Positions 60,515 to 64,000 of a stretch of 64,000 nt of DNA are shown in pieces (the stretch's first letter is position 1; each line of letters opens with the position of its first letter). Below the pieces are notes generated by a model, which saw nothing but the letters and a program-made list of their open reading frames with translations, made no database searches and was not told the origin of the DNA. The translations under genes were made by a program, and so were the position numbers. This stretch comes from Octopus sinensis (Eukaryota), in assembly GCF_006345805.1 (NCBI RefSeq), contig NC_042997.1, positions 211,048,001 to 211,112,000 on the forward strand. The letters run 5' to 3'.

Positions 60515-62791
60515 CAGAGCTGAATGTCTCTCCGTTAATCTGTTAATCATTAATTAACAAAGTTAATATTTTCATTAACAATTTAACTTTTAAGTTTGAA
60601 AATCATTATCAAACTAATAAACTTCTGTTACATTTAGCTTTCATTAACTCAAGTTCGTTAACCCCAAAATTTCATAAAAACTGGTAAACATTTAAAAGTT
60701 TTTATTGTTTTCAGACTGTCTTAGCATATTTAATATTATACATGTCATTCTTTCAGCCCTTCTTAGTCCCTTTGAAATTTAAAATTATAAAATAAGAATT
60801 TTTTAACTCTAAAGCAAAAAAAAAAACAACAAAAAAACCCATATAGTTTTTGTGTTTTAAAGCCCTCAAAAAGGCCAAAAAAGCTGATTTTATAGTTTTG
60901 GCACTTTTTAACCTGTTGTATCTAATTCCCTTACAAATTATTTTGAAATATAAAAAAAAATCACGTTAGTGAATTCTCATAGCTTTGAGATAATGTGAGG
61001 GCTTTTCTTTTAGAAAGCAGAGAACTGGGAGAAAAGCAAAATTAACTGAGGTGGATATCAACAGAGAAAATATCGACTTCCATAAAGTGGAAAAAATAAA
61101 TGGAAGGAAAAAAGTTGGTAAATATTTCGGTGTAAATGGAAATAGTTGTTATGTGGTATTAGGGCATGCTAGAAATAGCAACCAAATTTTTTCTGGAAAA
61201 AGGAGCTGTTTATGCATGATTTCAATGTCACATTCGTTGACAGCATGCAAAATTATCTGAAAAAGAAAAATGGCCTGCAAAACAAAACTCCCTTGGTGGG
61301 AAACTCCGAGGTCGCTACCGCCCCTCTCACCTTTCTTTTCCAGAAAAAAGTGGCTTGCAGCAGGTTTGGAAGTCAGATACATTGAATGCACCCGAATAAA
61401 ACTGTGGAAAAAAATTATTTCACATAAAAGTACGAAATATTTACCTAAAGAATAAAATTTTGTCCTGATTATACCTGTATTTCAATTAATTCAAATTAAT
61501 ATATCTCATCTTGAAAAGTGGCAAAATTTTTGTTGGTTGCCATCTGAGATAATTTTAGTAACAAATCAAACAGGTAAAATGCATTAAGAATTTCAATTTT
61601 AGTGTTTATCCATAATCTTATTACTTTTACACCTGTAAATTAAATTTACCTGCCCATAAGATCAGTTAAAATTATATAACTATAAACCAGTGGTATATAA
61701 AGCACCCACTGTAAGTAAAAAATGTACAAAGTTACAAGCAAATATTGTGGCCACCCCTCTTGAACTTGAATAATTCAAAATAACGTGAACAAATAAGCAT
61801 TACATTTGATGGATTAATATAAACCTTAAAGATGCTTTTAGGTGTGTTTTTTTCTTACACACACATAACATGGCCTCACTCGGTTGGGGCTACATGTGTG
61901 TTGCTTTGACATCATCAGTCCATAAGATTTGTTTATGGGGAGAAAAATATTGAAAAATATCAATAGATGTGTGAGTGAGAAAGAAACGACGGGTGAGGCT
62001 TTAGGATGTGCTAGAAACAACAGCCAGATCTCCCTTAAATCACACATTTTCCTCTGAAATTATTAACATTTATTTTTTAACTGAAAATGTTTCACTCACG
62101 GGTTTTAAGTGCTTAGTGAAAAGAAAAAGGTCGAAATCATTTCAGACTGGGGTGGCGAGAGGGTGGTAGGATTTTTTAAAAATGTAAATTTTCAAAATTT
62201 TCCTTTTTTCTGTGAGAAAATGACTTCCATCATTCTGAAGACTTTGGTAAAAAAACATTGGAAAAAATCCCCGTCAAAACAGAGAGATTCCAACTTGCAT
62301 GGGCTGTCTGATCCGAAACTCCATTTTCCCAAAACTCCCCACCTTGCCTCCCTTCCAAAAATTTTACCTACAAATTTCTTTGTAATCATAATCTACACTG
62401 TTTGAAAGTTATTTGTATAAAATTTCATTAGAAAATACCTATTTTCCGGAAAGTTCCCTGGGAAAATGTCGGCTCTTGTGAATTTTCAGAAACTCCTCTC
62501 CCCAATGCCTCTGAAAATTTTTCCACCAAATCTTTACATAAACTCAGTCTAAAGGATATAAGCGATTATTTGGTGCATTCATTTTTCTGGAGATTATGAG
62601 GCAACAAAGTCAGTTGGGGTATCAAACTGTAGTTGTGCCTTTTTTCAATAAAAACTAATGTTAATGGATTAACATTAACTTTCATTACATTTTCAAAGAA
62701 TTAATGGATTAATGATTAACAAAGTTAACTTTTTGGTTAACAGATTAATGATTAATGATGTTAACTTTTTGATTAACAGTGTCCACCTCTG
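60515..62791. mobile_element. Non-autonomous hAT-like DNA transposon, 2277 bp
   Basis: Termini CAGAG...CTCTG. Identical 8-bp flanks GTTTTATG at 60507-60514 and 62792-62799. Subterminal GTTAA/TTAAC motif clusters at both ends. No transposase ORF. Confidence 0.75.
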
Positions 62792-63074
62792 GTTTTATGT
62801 ATGTATGCTCATGTATATACTTGCATATTTAGACATGCGACATGTAAAAAGCACCAACCAATCGTGGCCGTTTGCCAGCCTGCTCTGGCCCTCGTGCCAG
62901 CGGCACGTAAAAAACCCACTACACTCATGGAGTGGTTGGCGTTAGAAAGGGCATCCAGCTGTAGAAACACTGTCAAACCAGACTGGAGCCTGGTGCAGCC
63001 TCCATGGCTTACCAGATCCCGGTCGAACCATCCAACCCATGCTAGCATGGAAAACGGACGTTAAACGATGATGA

Positions 63075-63370
63075 TGAAACTTCTGGAATGTTTTACAGAT
63101 TTTTACAGTTCCACTGATGGACTGGATCTGTAGTCTTTGAATTAGCTTTCTCCTTTCTGGTTTTGAGAAGCCTAATTTCTCAAGATTGGTATTTAGGCAG
63201 TATGTTACATATCCCAGGGTCCCAATAATTACAGGTATAAACCTGAACTTGTAATCTGGATAGAGCAACTGCAATTTTCTTAATAGTGTGTGAAGTTGCA
63301 TGGTCTCATTCGGCTGTTGGGCTGACAATTTCTCAACTCGACGCTTTCCCTCAAATAAGGCGAACTTCAT
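63075..63370 (-). mobile_element. R4/NeSL-type non-LTR element, RLE C-terminal fragment
   Basis: LLRKLQLLYPDYKFRFIPVIIGTLG...LQIQSISGTVKICK; abuts, tail to tail, an RTE 3' fragment at about 62830-63075. Confidence 0.7.
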
Positions 63371-63652
63371 TTCGAGTTTCTCCTGTCTGTTGAGATGAAT
63401 TGTGTTCCAGCTGGATACTTTTGTAATTCTCTCCTTTTCCAGCTGTCACAGATGTTCTACATGGTGAATATTAGGAGAAAAGCGAAGATGTCTTCGTTTG
63501 CCGTCGACTAACAGAAAGAATGAGCGCTAAAAAAATACTAAACACATGGATGGTAGGGGGTGATATATGAAATATTTGGCTGTTATTTCTAGCAAGTGTA
63601 ATGCCTGCATGTGTGGCTGGCTTTGCTTCGTAGTTGTCTCCCTTGCTGTATT

Positions 63653-63870
63653 CTTTTCTACTCTAGGCACAAGACCCCAAATTTTTTGGTGACGGGAGGG
63701 GCAGTCGATTACATCTACCCCAGTGCGCACTGGTACTTAATTTATCGACCCCGAAAGGATGAAAGACAAAGTCGATCTCGGCGGAATTTGAAACTCAGAA
63801 CGTAAAGACAGACGAAATACCGCTAAGCATTTCGCTCAGTGTGCTAACGTTTCTGCCAGCTCGCCGCCTT
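63653..63870 (-). mobile_element. Young tRNA-derived SINE (Meta-like domain) with 16-bp TSD
   Basis: TCTCCCTTGCTGTATT at 63637-63652 and 63871-63886. GAGTTCAAATTCC B box. CTTTCATCCTTTCGGGGTCGATAAATTAAGTACCAG core. CpGs retained. Confidence 0.85.
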
Positions 63871-64000
63871 TCTCCCTTGCTGTATTGTATGACTGGTATT
63901 GCTGAAAGAATGTGTACTAAAAAATAAAATACTAAACATCTAGATGGTGGAGGTTGATTTATGAAATATTTGGCTGTTATTTCTAGTAAGTGTAACGCCT

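Overview
Eukaryotic, AT-rich, repeat-saturated genomic DNA. The RTE/SINE repertoire looks like Octopus (recognised by eye, not searched). There is a 100-N scaffold gap at 37242-37341. Two spliced protein-coding genes are supportable, both on the + strand. (1) The 3' end of a Tks4/5- or p47phox-like PX-domain gene (exons 21737-21834 and 28446-28571). It stops about 25 aa after the PX domain, with no SH3 domains. (2) Seven phase-consistent exons (42675-57844, about 410 aa visible, 5' end not found) of a macrodomain plus PARP/ART gene with an H-Y-I triad and no visible WWE domain. One macro exon has a 1-nt frameshift. Most of the rest is mobile or repetitive DNA: RTE, CR1 and R4/NeSL-type LINE fragments, Penelope-like GIY-YIG elements, tRNA-derived SINEs, piggyBac-type and other MITEs, a Tc1 remnant, a 2.3-kb hAT-like element with an 8-bp TSD, foldbacks and minisatellites. 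The most interesting non-coding signal is a set of five minimal type-I hammerhead-ribozyme-like motifs with covarying stems, carried by short Penelope-related repeats. No CRISPR array, rRNA or true tRNA gene was found. Repeat boundaries are approximate; exon boundaries were counted base by base.
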